In this document: in pieces, positions 1 through 11,739 of the stretch | Layout: every line of letters begins with the position of its first letter | Numbering within the stretch: the stretch's first letter is position 1 | Program-made: the position numbers and the translations under genes | Source of the DNA: Octopus sinensis | Taxonomy: Eukaryota | Assembly: GCF_006345805.1 (NCBI RefSeq) | Contig: NC_042998.1 | Span: forward strand, 59,334,001 to 59,398,000 | DNA: 64,000 bases | Direction of reading: 5' to 3' | The notes under the pieces: model-generated | Told to the model about the DNA's origin: nothing | The model's input: only the letters and a program-made list of their open reading frames with translations | The model's database searches: none

Positions 1-2345
1 GCCTTGGCACACTTCTCAAGTCCAAACTCCATCCCGATGTCATCGCTGAATGCTTTCACGGTGCGCAATTGGCCTTCAAGTTCATTATTGTCTTTACCAT
101 AAAGTTTTAAGTCATCCATATAAAATAGATGGCTTATTTTTTTATTGGCAATTTTATATCCATACCCTGTTCTGTTAATTCACTTGTAAGGGGTATTAGG
201 GCTATGCAGAATATTAAAGGTGAAAGTGAGTCACCTTGAAAAATTCCACAGTTGATGTTTATATTTTCTGAGGCAAGTACTCCATTAGAGTGGTATAATT
301 GGAGATTCGTATTCCACAACGACATATTGTGCTTCAGGAAGTTTGAAATCACAGGGGAAATTTTGAAGATGTCCAGCGATCTCAAGATCCATGGATGCGG
401 TATACTGTCGAAGGCCTTTTTATAGTCAATCCATGCGGTGCTGAGATTTCTGCGCTTGTTGTGACAGTTCTCAAGGATCATACGATTGATTAGCAGTTGA
501 TCTTTGCTTCCGTAAGAGCCTCTGCGGCACCCTTTTTGTTCAATGGGGAAAATATCGTTCTTCTCCATGAATGCATATGTTTTCTCCGCCAGGATAGATG
601 TTAGGATTTTATACGTGGTGGATAGACAGGTTATAGGCCGATAGTTTTTTGGAAGGTTGGTTTCGTTATTCTTTGGGAGTAGGTAAGTAATGCCACTTGC
701 TAACCATTCAGGTGTTTTCTTTGGGTCTCTCATAATTCCATTGAGCAGCTGAACTAGCTTACCGTGTGCGCACGGGAGCGATGCGAGCCAGAAATTCGGC
801 ACCCTATCTTTACCGGGGGATTTCCAATTATGGGCCTTCGTGAGTGCCTTTCTTAGGTCTGCTATTGTGATGTCTTCCCATGCTTGTTGTTGTAAATTTT
901 GGTAGGATCCTTCAGTTTGTATAATCCAGTCTGCATTTATGTTGTACGTCTTCTTGTCACTCCAAATCCTTTTCCAAAAGTTTTGAACTTCTTCCATGGG
1001 AGGGGGGTCTTTAACGGTTACTTTCTCCTTCCCTATTTCTCTGTAGAATCTTTTGGCATTGGATGTGAACAGCTTATTTTGCTTGTAAAACTTGTTTCTC
1101 TTCTCAAATCTTCGTATTCTTTGGGCTTTTGCTTGGACTTTTTGTTTCAGCGTTTCTTTTATTGATATCAGTTCTTCTCTTGGTGAGGATCCAAATTTTC
1201 TCTTCATCTTTCTTCCTGTTCTGGATCTTACATCATTTCCACATATTAGTTCATTTAATATTGATATTTCCCCTCTCATAAATTCAATCTCTTTTTCAAT
1301 TTTACTTCTCCAGGTTTGATTTCTTCCCAGGTTTTGTTTTCTTTGTTTTTTCGGGGGCATACAGCTGGTTTCAATTGCCCTAGCAGAAGCGTAAATAATT
1401 TCATTTAACTCAGTAAAATCAGGTTTTAATTCTCGTATTATTTCATTTGTTACATAGTTGCCAATTTGGATTTGTTTTTTATTTTGGTTTGTATTTGAGA
1501 GTTTATGAAGCGGTTCTCTATCATTCATACTTGTATGTCTTACAACTTCAAGCGTATTCAGGATTTTCTGCCTCATTTCTGCCATAGACTCTCTGTGTTC
1601 TTCAGCAAATGCGAGATCTTCAGTTACTGTTGTTTTTTCGTTTTCCTGGCTATCTTTAACTGGTACAATAGAATTTCTTGTATCTTCAGGCCTTTGCGTA
1701 CTTTGGTCAGATGGCAGTCTTTCAATTAAGCCTCGTGGCGGCTATACTGTTCATCTGATTCTTCATTTCCTTTGTGTCTTATATTTATGTCATTTTCCGT
1801 TGCGTGCTTGATCGCGCTTATTTCACTGTCTGTGAGTCTGTTATTTCTAAAGATATCCCTCCTCACATTTGCTAATTTGTTCTCGTCCAAATAGGGCCTA
1901 CTGTCTTGATTCCGTGTTCTCCATATACTGTAAGAGTTTGCGGTGTGTCTCTCTTGAGATGGCCTACCTAATGCATAGTAATAAGCGTATATTACTTCTT
2001 TATACTCTTCTCGGGTCCATTTGTTCCGCTTACATTTTTCCTTCTGTGGTGGTTGTGGTGGTGAACTTGGAGGGCTCGAGTTGGGGGATTTCCCGTTCAA
2101 GTGACCATCCATGTCCGTATTCGGAGAAGAGTTTGTGCCAGTTGCTGACTTTTCGATCCCAGGCTGGCTCTTCCCTGGGGGACGCGCTTCCAGATTAACC
2201 ATAGGACAAGCGATTTGGTATACTGATTTAGTTTTCCTTTTAGTTTCCAAAAACATTTTGGTGCTACGATAATGTTATCATTTTTTAGCTTTGATTGGCT
2301 CGTGGGGAGACGGCCATCATTGCCGTTACAATTATAATCGTACCA
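1..2345 (-). mobile_element. R4/Dong-clade (restriction-like endonuclease) non-LTR retrotransposon, 5' half; runs off the left edge of the window
   Basis: N-terminal ORF 1726-2256 with KWTREEYKEVIYAYY motif; RT ORF 134-1585 (NYRPITCL, QKGCRRG, WIDYKKAFDSIPH, GIFQGDSLSPL); after a frameshift, bases 1-133 read SHLFYMDDLKLY...DIGMEFGLEKCAK. The 5' side abuts a TAA/TGA tract. Confidence 0.88.
134..1585 (-). pseudogene. Reverse transcriptase ORF of the R4/Dong-like element (frameshifted from the upstream ORF and before YMDD)
   Basis: 483-aa ORF in the track with non-LTR RT motifs; the YMDD motif lies in another frame near 110-121. Confidence 0.9.
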
Positions 2346-2369
2346 TTATAGCAGCCGTAGTCGGCTTAT

Positions 2370-2404
2370 TATTGTTATTATCATCACCATTACCATCACT
2401 ATCA

Positions 2405-2479
<75 letters not shown>

Positions 2480-2523
2480 CATCATCATCATCATCATCAT
2501 CATCATCTGTATTATTATTATCA

Positions 2524-2568
<45 letters not shown>
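2370..2568. repeat. (TAT)n/(CAT)n trinucleotide tract between the two Dong-like elements
   Basis: Directly visible. Confidence 0.97.
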
Positions 2569-2569
<1 letters not shown>

Positions 2570-4000
2570 GCGTTTGCACAGCTTCTAAAGCTGGAGATGT
2601 ACTACGGTGTTAGCTGTTCACTACCAGTGAACTAAGGTAACACCCTTTATTTTTCGAGCACCTTCCGGAGTATTCGAGCGGTTCCAAGCAGTGCTGTTTT
2701 CTACAAGTGCTCCACCCTTATTGCAGTCCCTATTTGTTCCACGTACTTCTCGAGATCTTTGCTCACTGTCCTCAGGGCTCCAACAGTTATTGGTACTACT
2801 GCTACCTTTTTCATCGACCACAACTGATTAACCTCACAAGCTAACCTGCCATATCTCTCGATTTTTCTTTCTTCTTTATCGCATACCTTGTTGTCAGGTG
2901 GGCATACTATATCTATGATCCAGAATAGTTTGTTGTCTTTCTCAATTAAGACTATGCCCGCTTTCCTATTTTCTATCTCATGGTCGCACTGAATCATAAA
3001 ATTTCATAGGATCTTTGCATTTCTATTTTTGACGATGCCTTCAGGTTTCTGGTCTTACCAATTTTTTCTCTGTCAAGTCCATACTTGTTGCAAAGTTTCC
3101 AATGGACAAGCCTTACTATATTTTCGTGGTGTCTCTTATATTCCTCCTGCGATAGTGGCGTACATAGGCTGGTAATATGCAACACGGTTTCACCATTTTG
3201 TCCACAGATGTTGTATTTAGCACATTGTGCTGTGTTGTCTATTCTGTATTTTATGTAGTTTGTTCTTAGTGCTTGCCCTTCGGCATCACAGATTAGAGCC
3301 CCCGTTTCCAGTTTTAGATCACTTTTAGTCATATACAGCCATCTTTTTTCTCTGTCTATGTTATCTTCAACATCCTTATCAGATTGACTCTGCATTATTC
3401 TCTTTACCCACCTATTTTCAGTTTCATTCGTTTTCAATTTCTTATACAGTGCTTTTTCTTTGCAAACTTTCATCCTATACAAGCCTGACCTTCTTACATG
3501 TAACAACAGTGGTTCTGTGGCATTTTTTACATACCATGCTATGTTGTTTTCTTCTGCTTTAACACTGTATTCGCATGTAATATGTCCTCTTCTCCATCTT
3601 TTTCTTGGTATATACAGTCTATCTATGTCACACTTTTGGTGGAGTAACCCACATCTAGTTAACAACTTGTCTTTCTGTCAAGGTTATTTAGTTCGTCTAC
3701 TGTCCAAAATTCCAAAAGCAAAAGCAAAAGAAATTCAGAAATGCAAAATCCAACAAGGTGAACATCTCTTCCTCTTACTATTCCTAATGACTGGAATATC
3801 TACAATTCCTGTGAATATATTAAATCTCCCTCAAAATAAAATACGTTGAGAAACTTACATACCTACAGCTTTAAAAAAACTTGAATATCTACAACTACTG
3901 TGTGAAAACCTATCCTTTACTTTCTCCCTAATATTCGAAAATATAAACATCCTTTTCAATGCAAAAGTCCAACTGGACAGACAAACGAACATCTCAAGAA
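2569..4000 (-). mobile_element. 5'-truncated, decayed R4/Dong-clade LINE (end of RT, CCHC zinc finger, RLE nuclease, 3' UTR) ending in (TAA)n
   Basis: ORFs 2994-3665 (CAKYNICGQNGETVLHITSLC...HENIVRLVHWKLC) and 2701-2997 (IIDIVCPPD...EERKIERY...VVPITVGAL); WTVDELNNLDRKT near 3670-3705; 3' end followed directly by TAATAATAA on the minus strand. Confidence 0.85.
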
Positions 4001-4110
4001 AACTTTATAACTTTAATATATTACCCAAATACGTAAACACATATTATTGCAACAACACAATTGAATTAAGAAATTCAAAAATTCAACGATGTGAATATCA
4101 GTATGTATAT

Positions 4111-4146
<36 letters not shown>

Positions 4147-4212
4147 ATACATACACGCACATACACACACGTACACACACGTACACACACACACACATAT
4201 ATATATATATAT

Positions 4213-5375
4213 TGTTATGGATTTTGGCTAGTGCAGTATTGGTGACCCACTTTGGAATAATGGCGCCGGCAGGCCTGGAGTAAAAAGTGACAGTCCTTTG
4301 TTTAATGGGAGATTAATGGGACCTTTCTGGCCTTGTGCGGTCGATTAGGGGTCGTTCTAGACATCCCTTGAAGAAGAGGAAGAAAAGTAGTGAGAGAGAT
4401 AGAGTATAAGGCTAAGGGACAGATGTGAGGAAGAATTAGCAGTGAGAGAGGATGAGGGGGCAGAGAAGGACAGGCAGAGAGTATGGTAGAGCTGTCATGA
4501 GAGGGTGATAGGCAGCAGGCGATAGAGCTAGAGTAAGGAATCAGAGAGCGAATAGAGAGGGTATAGGCGGTAGAGGGCAGTGGGAAGGAGAGAGACGAAG
4601 TGAGGTTTTGGGCAGTCGGTGGTCGGTCCTCGAAGAACACGATCGGATTCTTGGAAGTTAGGAGCAAGCGGTGGAATCTTAGGAGCAAGTTGGGATGCGA
4701 GAGAACTTGGCGGCACAGAAGGGAATATGTACGGAAGAATTAGCGGTACGTAGAGATGGAGTGCGGAATGGGACACTGGCGATTCTAATTAGGAATTAAG
4801 GTATTTGATTGTGTATTGATACGTGTCACGGTGTATTGAACAGTGAAAAGAACAGTCAAGGACTTGTCGATATGTCGATTATCGAGTTGTGGTATTTATG
4901 TTCAGAATTGTGTTGATATGTGTAGAAAAAGATTATAAAGAACTGTGAACGTTATCTGTTGATGTGATTTGGAAAAAGAACTGTGTCTTCGGACGTGTAC
5001 CTTTGAAATACTGTATATGACTTGTTGTGTCTCCGGACTGATATATTGTTACGTGCATGTTGTTAAATGCTTTGATCTGTGGTATACCCGTATGATGTGT
5101 TGATTTGTTGTTTGCCTTAAATGCTTTGATGTTGTAACCATTGATTGTCATATAAACTAGTTGTTGAATATAAGCCAGTGTTGCCAGCCGTTTTGCCTTG
5201 CCCCTTCTTGGTGTCTCTCTCGGTTGTGCCTCTGTATCTCTGTGCTGCTGCGGTTGTTGTTGTTGTGTCTCTCTCTCCTCTCTCCGACGAGTTTCCGTGG
5301 CGAGAATATTCGCTGATCGAATCGGGCCTGTCTGAGGGCTTCCGTACAGTTTTCGGAGGTCCCACCCTCGTAACA
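4213..5375. mobile_element. Putative solo LTR (Ty3/Gypsy- or BEL-like), 1163 bp, inserted in a TA microsatellite
   Basis: TG...CA termini with inverted TGTTA(T/C)G...CGTAACA, ATAT on both flanks, GC-richer than the flanks, no credible ORF. Confidence 0.6.
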
Positions 5376-6049
5376 ATATATATAATTATTATTATTACTG
5401 TTTTTTCTACTAGTAATTACAAATAGAACAGGCTGAATAGCTTCTATTCAAGGCAGCACTCTGAGTGGGCAGTGGTAGTAGAAAACACATTTGACCTCTG
5501 CTGACCCAAAGGGTGGAAAATTCTTTTGTGTCTATGGCTGACTGCTCCACCATCTGCCGAATCTATTCATCAGCCTGCAGATTATGATCTATACACCAAC
5601 CTTCTACACAACTATTTCCTCCAACAATCACAAATTTATGATCTCAATTACAAGACAAAAGTTGAAAATAAAGAACTTTTAATAAAATCTTTTAATAATA
5701 AGCGGAAATAGTAATAATGATAATAACAATGGTAGTGGTGGTAATTGTGATAATGATAAAAATAAAAATACTGATAATATGCTGCAGCTGCTAACACTAA
5801 AAACCACAATATCGTATACATGTTTTGTCTTGGTGCAAAAGGTGGGCATCAGAAAATATTCTGCCCAATACCAGAGATTTCCTTGTCAGTCACTTACAAG
5901 TCACTATAAATGATTGCACAGATATGATTTTCTTTCTTTTTTGTTTTTGATGCAAAAATCATTTGTTCAAGTTGTTCAGCAAAAGCTGAATACGTACGTC
6001 GTCTTTGACAGGAGATTCCACATACGAATCCATGACTCTGTCCCTCTCT

Positions 6050-6080
6050 CCGAATATACACATATACACATACATGCATA

Positions 6081-6125
<45 letters not shown>

Positions 6126-6126
6126 A

Positions 6127-6169
<43 letters not shown>

Positions 6170-6342
6170 TATATATATACATGTATACATATATATACAT
6201 ATGTATTTAAGTATACATAAGAATTTTTAAAAATGATTAATTACTATATCAATTTCCATTGATATATTTGTATATATACATATATACATATATTTATATA
6301 TATACATACATACATATATATAATATATATATATAATATATA

Positions 6343-6414
<72 letters not shown>

Positions 6415-6430
6415 AGAGAGAAATATAGAT
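6050..6430. repeat. Compound (TA)n/(CATA)n/(GA)n microsatellite (many similar tracts elsewhere, e.g. 7080-7245, 8145-8240, 10720-10900, 11350-11520, 15360-15490, 50980-51270, 55110-55290, 60660-60910)
   Basis: Directly visible; these tracts generate the YI/IY and CV/HT ORFs in the track. Confidence 0.97.
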
Positions 6431-7244
6431 AGATGTAGGTCTAGATACATGTGTGTGTATGTGCATATTTGTATGTGTGCGTTTATGCACGTCTCCTGAT
6501 TGGTGGACTTCCAATATTATTTATATGTCGAAAGGGATGTTTTGTTATATCTCTTCTGGCACATCGCCTTTAGTAACAATAATGCCAAGATTTACAGGTC
6601 CATGTCTTTGTCTTGGATAACAAAACCTCTATAGTAAGTTTCTTACTACTATATTTTTTGAATAAAGTTTTGTGTTTTTTAAGAATTTCTTTTTATAATT
6701 CTTGGCACATTTGACTGCTCTGTTATCCATCATCTCGAAGCTGGTTAACTACCATCTTACTAACCTTTATATATATACACGTGTATTAGTATGTAGGAGA
6801 GTCAAGAACTTCTCTTTCTTTCTCTCTAACTCTGTTTCTTCTCCACTATAGATTCTCTGCCGTTTTGTCCATGTGTTTCCTTTTATTTTATTTGTTATTT
6901 TTCCTTTCTTTTTTCTTCTTGAGCGAATTCTTTGGTCTTGGTTCTCCTACGGTGCACCTTCGGCATCTCTCGCTTCAGGTCTGTTTCTCTATCTCATAGT
7001 TCAACTGTTGGACAGCGACTAACCACCTAGCCTGCTTTTATATGTGCTCGTGTTTTTGTGTTCGTGTGTTTAAGTCCTTATGTATGTATGTATGTATGTA
7101 TGTATGTATGTATGTATGTATGTATGTATGTATGCATGTATGTATGCATGCATGTATGCATGTGTGTATATGTATATGCATACATGTAGGTACGTATGCG
7201 TGCATGTATATATATATATATATACACATATATATATATATATG

Positions 7245-8112
7245 TAGAAAATAGTAAAAAGTGAAAAACTACAGAAGGCTTGTTTTAAAAGGTTAAAAAA
7301 TATATTTGAGTCATTATGTCAGAAGAATGTTATAAAATTTTTTCATACAGTGACATAGTTTTTGAAGAAATTACCGGTTTCGTGTTAACTTTTCAAATTT
7401 CTCAAAACATCGTGTTATGACTTCGTTATGAAGTGTAAAGAAGTGTTCCAGGTAAGGGGAGGTAATAAGTGATTTCTTCCGGTGTAAGGGAGATAATCGC
7501 TTTATATTTCTTGCCGCTTTTACTTAATGGGGTGAGTTTCTCTGTATAAGAATGTTAGAGTGGTTAAGTTTGGGCTTATATTTTTCAATGAAAGATGTTT
7601 CCTTGTTTAGTCTAATTTGTGTTGGTGTTCCAATAGCACATTGATAAAATGGAAAGATTAAAAATTGTGGTAGTAGTTGCTTTGCGCATTTCTCAATATG
7701 CTCACTAAAGGGTATCATTCTGTATTCTGGGAATGCAATCTGTTGTCGATGCAGTGTGCATCTACGTCTGAGTGATAGTCCCGTGGACCCCATGTAGTTT
7801 TGGTGGCAGCCCGAGCATCTTATGACATAAATTATGTTTTCAGAAGCACAAATAAAATTAGATTTGATCTTGAATTTTTGTCCCTCTTTGAAGAGGAATT
7901 CTGATCCTTCAAGAAGGTTTGGGCATGTTGCGCAGTTTGGTCTACCACATTTTTTTACTTTTGCATCCGTAATTTCAGAAAGCAAGTTTGCCTTTGTTAG
8001 AATCTTTTTAAGTGATTTAAGTTGTTTGTAGCTTTTAATGATTTTATGTATGTTTAGAATTTCCTTTAATTTGGGGTCCTTATGAAGTATTGATAAATTC
8101 TGGGTGATGATG
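7245..8112 (-). mobile_element. Penelope-like element (Neptune-type Cys linker plus GIY-YIG endonuclease and 3' pLTR), 5'-truncated, flanked by TA microsatellites
   Basis: ORF 7524-7985: KKCGRPNCATC linker, NIIYVIRCSGCHQNYMGSTG (GIY-YIG), RRRCTLHRQQ, ETSFIEKYKPKLN; second copy at 29961-30600. Confidence 0.88.
7365..7403 (-). ncRNA. Minimal type I hammerhead ribozyme with U3-A8 core variant in the Penelope pLTR
   Basis: Minus strand GAGAAAT-TTGAAAA-GT TAAC AC-GAAA-CCGG-TA^-ATTTCTT: 7-bp stem I, 2-bp stem II, palindromic ACCGGT stem III, GUA site. Confidence 0.65.
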
Positions 8113-8146
8113 GTGAAGGGTTCTTTGTTTCTGGGGTTGTATGTGG

Positions 8147-8241
<95 letters not shown>

Positions 8242-8269
8242 GATATGTATGCATGTGTGTATGTATGTA

Positions 8270-9499
8270 GGAGGCGAAGTCAAAAATTATCCGCACTTTC
8301 ACCAAAACTTTCTTTAGATTGGTCGCACTGCATTCAGTGTTCGCATGCTTAAATGTGGCACTCTTGTAGTTACGTAACAGAGGTTTCACGTTGATCACTC
8401 CAGTTTGCTCTCTTGTGCAACAGAATAAAAATGGCTGCTCCGCTAGCAGTGTGTACCAAAGAAGAACGGAGATCAATGATGCAATATCTCTCGTCGGAAG
8501 GTATGTTAGGGGTTGAAATTCATCGCGAGCTTTTATAATGTGAATCAGCGCTCTAGAGTGGGATGAGGAATGTAGAGATGGAAACACAAACATGAAACGT
8601 TGATGGAGGACACCAATCAATTTCTAACAATGATGTGAAGATTCCAGAAGCTCCAGAACTGGTTCTGGCGAACCGAGGAGTGGCCATCGATAAGGTGGCA
8701 TGTTTCTTGCAAATTTGTCGTTGTTCTTCATAGGAAATCATCCACGACAAGATTCGCTTCCATAAAGTCTGAGTTAGATGGGATCCAAACGGACTTACCG
8801 AAGTGCATAAGCGCTGTCGTGAAGAGATCTGTCAAAACTTACTCGACCGCTACAAAAATGAAGGCGAAGCATTTTCGAGACAACAGTCACAGAAAATGAG
8901 ACCTGGGTGTATCACCTTGAGTGAGAAACGATTAGGTAGAGTATGGAATAAAAACAGTCGGAATCATCATCAAAACAGTAATTCAAGACTCACCCTTCAG
9001 CAGAAAAATTGATGCCAAACAGGTTTGGTGAACGCAAAATGGCCTATACTGGAACATTATCTGAAAAGGGAATCTACACTCACTACTGTACGATACGGTG
9101 AAATACTGGCAAACAAGCTGAAGCCGGCAATTCGGATCAAATGCTGAGGTCGAATGTCAAATAATATGTTATTTTTGCATGACGATGCACGCTAACATAC
9201 GGCAGTTCAAAGAACTGAAACCATTGAGAAGTTGGGTTTAGAATTGCTACAAAACACTGCATACAGTCCAGACATTGCCCATTTCGACTATCACGTCCCT
9301 GACTGTAAATTCGCTACGGACTAAAAGTCCAGGAAACGGGGCACATATGGCTGTGTCACCAGCCGATGGAATAAGCAAGCTTGTTGACCACTGGAAGAGT
9401 AAGGATACTATGTTGAAACAAGATGTAATTGTTCAACCCTTGCTTTTGATTTAAAAGCTTACAGAAACAAAAGTGCTTATAATATTTTACTTCCCCTCG
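8270..9499 (+). mobile_element. Mariner (DD34D-type) DNA transposon, full length but decayed
   Basis: About 30-bp imperfect TIRs (GAGGCGAAGTCAAAAATTATCCGCACTTT / AAAGTGCTTATAATATTTTACTTCCCCTCG); transposase remnant from ATG 8431 MAAPLAVCTKEERR, FHKV*VRW, FLHDDAR, AYSPDIAHFDY. Confidence 0.88.
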
Positions 9500-9580
9500 C
9501 ATATTATGTATGTATGCCTAGTTTCATGTAGATGTGTTATATTTCCATGTAAAAATATATGATAATATATACGCTGTGTA

Positions 9581-9754
9581 CGGGTGGGTGCTGAAAAGTT
9601 TCCGACTTTAACTAAAAGAAAATCTTGGAGGATCAATTAATTGTGATTTTATTCATTATATTCCGTTTTTCTAAGCCGTGTAAAAGAATTTTAAGCCTCC
9701 AAGTAGATCTTTTCCCGATACACTTAAAACCAGGAACATTTTAGCACGGCCTCG
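9581..9754. mobile_element. Mariner-type MITE (174 bp) with TA target duplication
   Basis: TA|CGGGTGGGTGCTGAAAAGTTTCC ... GGAACATTTTAGCACGGCCTCG|TA. Confidence 0.75.
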
Positions 9755-9940
9755 TAATGAATGTTGTGTATGGTGTGTGTGTTATCTACGTGTGTCATGT
9801 AAGTATGGCATGCATTTTATCTGTTTATTATGGATGCTACTAAGTATGTATATATGTATGATATGTATGTACATATGTACGTATGTTATGTCTATATCTA
9901 TTCAACAATATTGTGTATGTATACATACATACATACATAC

Positions 9941-9989
<49 letters not shown>

Positions 9990-9991
<2 letters not shown>

Positions 9992-10145
9992 CGCAGGAGT
10001 GGCTGTGTGGTAAGTAGCTTGCTTACCAACCACATGGTTCAGGGTTCAGTCCCACTGTGTGGCACTTTGTGCAAGTGTCTTCTGCTATAGCCTCGGGCCG
10101 ACCAATGCCTTGTGAGTGGATTTCGTAGACGGAAACTGAAAGAAG

Positions 10146-10222
<77 letters not shown>

Positions 10223-10409
10223 TTGTGTGTCTGTGTTTGCTTGACAACCGGTGCTGGTGTGTTTACGTCCCCGTCACTTAGCGGTTCGGCAAAAGAGACC
10301 TAAAGAATAAGTATTGAGCTTACAAAGAATAAGTCCCGGGGTCGATTTGCTCGACTAAAGGCGGTGCTCCAGCATGGCCGCAGTCAAATGACTGAAACAA
10401 GTAAAAGAG
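9990..10409 (+). mobile_element. Complete tRNA-derived OK-type SINE with internal TA/GT microsatellite and CR1-like 3' tail
   Basis: Head GGCGCAGGAGTGGCTGTGTGG (A box) and GGGTTCAGTCCC (B box); tail ...CAGCATGGCCGCAGTCAAATGACTGAAACAA(GTAAAAGA)n; many copies in the window. Confidence 0.88.
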
Positions 10410-10746
10410 TAAAAGAGTATATATTAGGAGGTTTGGAGATGATGTACAGGTATTACATAGAAGAAATGTGGTACTCAGAAATCTGGATGGTTTTATATTT
10501 ACAGATAATCATTTATCATATATATCATTTATCATATATACAGATAATTATTAGTATGTTACATGTTTTTATAAATCATATATCATGTATATTAGCGCTT
10601 TCGTCCACTCTAGTGGAGTTGTCAAACTGAACTTTTGCAGGAATTTTATCTCTTTTCATAGTGTTATTGAGTGTGTAGGGGTGGGGAGAGATATAAGATA
10701 GTACAAGAGGGTGAGGAATGGGGAGAAAGTGATTTATATATATAGA

Positions 10747-10780
<34 letters not shown>

Positions 10781-11358
10781 CATATATACATACATATATA
10801 TACATATATACACACATTCATACATATATACATACATATATATACATATATACACACATATATACATACACACACACACATATTTATATATATACTATGT
10901 AATGTTTATATGTTGTAAATATATATAAGTTTTATAAATTATGTATAGGTTATGAATGTACGTATATATTGATTTATACATATTTGTTCTGCATGTATGT
11001 ATATATTTATATATTTATATATTTATAAAAGCATACAAATGTGTACAAATGTTTGTATGCGTTTTCTTTGAAATTTAATTTGGTCAGAAACGAAGCAACT
11101 CGGTTTTATTGTTTACGTCAAGACATCTATTTGTGTTTCAGATAAATATATTTGTTACTATCCACATAGATGCTTGTACGTGGGTGTCGCGAGATGCACA
11201 GACGTCATCGGTGTGCTTGCGCGTATGTGTGTGTAAGTCATACAGCTTATTTGATTGTCTGATATTTGTGTGTGTCAACGTGCTTATGTGTCTGCACGGA
11301 TAATGCTTCAGACCACGCTTGCCCATTGATGAAACACTATCCGCATGCACATTAACAG

Positions 11359-11429
<71 letters not shown>

Positions 11430-11662
11430 TATATATAGTATATATATATATATAATATATACATATATACATACATATATATATATACATATAACATACA
11501 TATATATATACATAAGCTTCACCATTTGCTTCACCACATACCATAAGAAAAATAGCTAATTTTAACTGCTAATTCTAAATTTTGGTATGTGGTGAAGCAA
11601 ATTTTTTTGCTAAACCCTAATTATAATTATACTCATAATTATAAGAATGTTTGTTTATATAT

Positions 11663-11723
<61 letters not shown>

Positions 11724-11739
11724 CATATATGTATATATG

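Noticed and set aside
1590-1700. CUGAAGA...GAAA words inside the Dong ORF
   Set aside because: No stem II or III pairing; explained by coding sequence.
2257-2345. HDV-like ribozyme in the Dong 5' UTR (CTCCCCACGAG, GCTAA on the minus strand)
   Set aside because: I could not build consistent P1/P2/P3 pairings by eye; a covariance-model search is needed.
4302-5426. ORFs of 82-147 aa within the LTR-like element
   Set aside because: Low-complexity, no motifs, overlapping on both strands.
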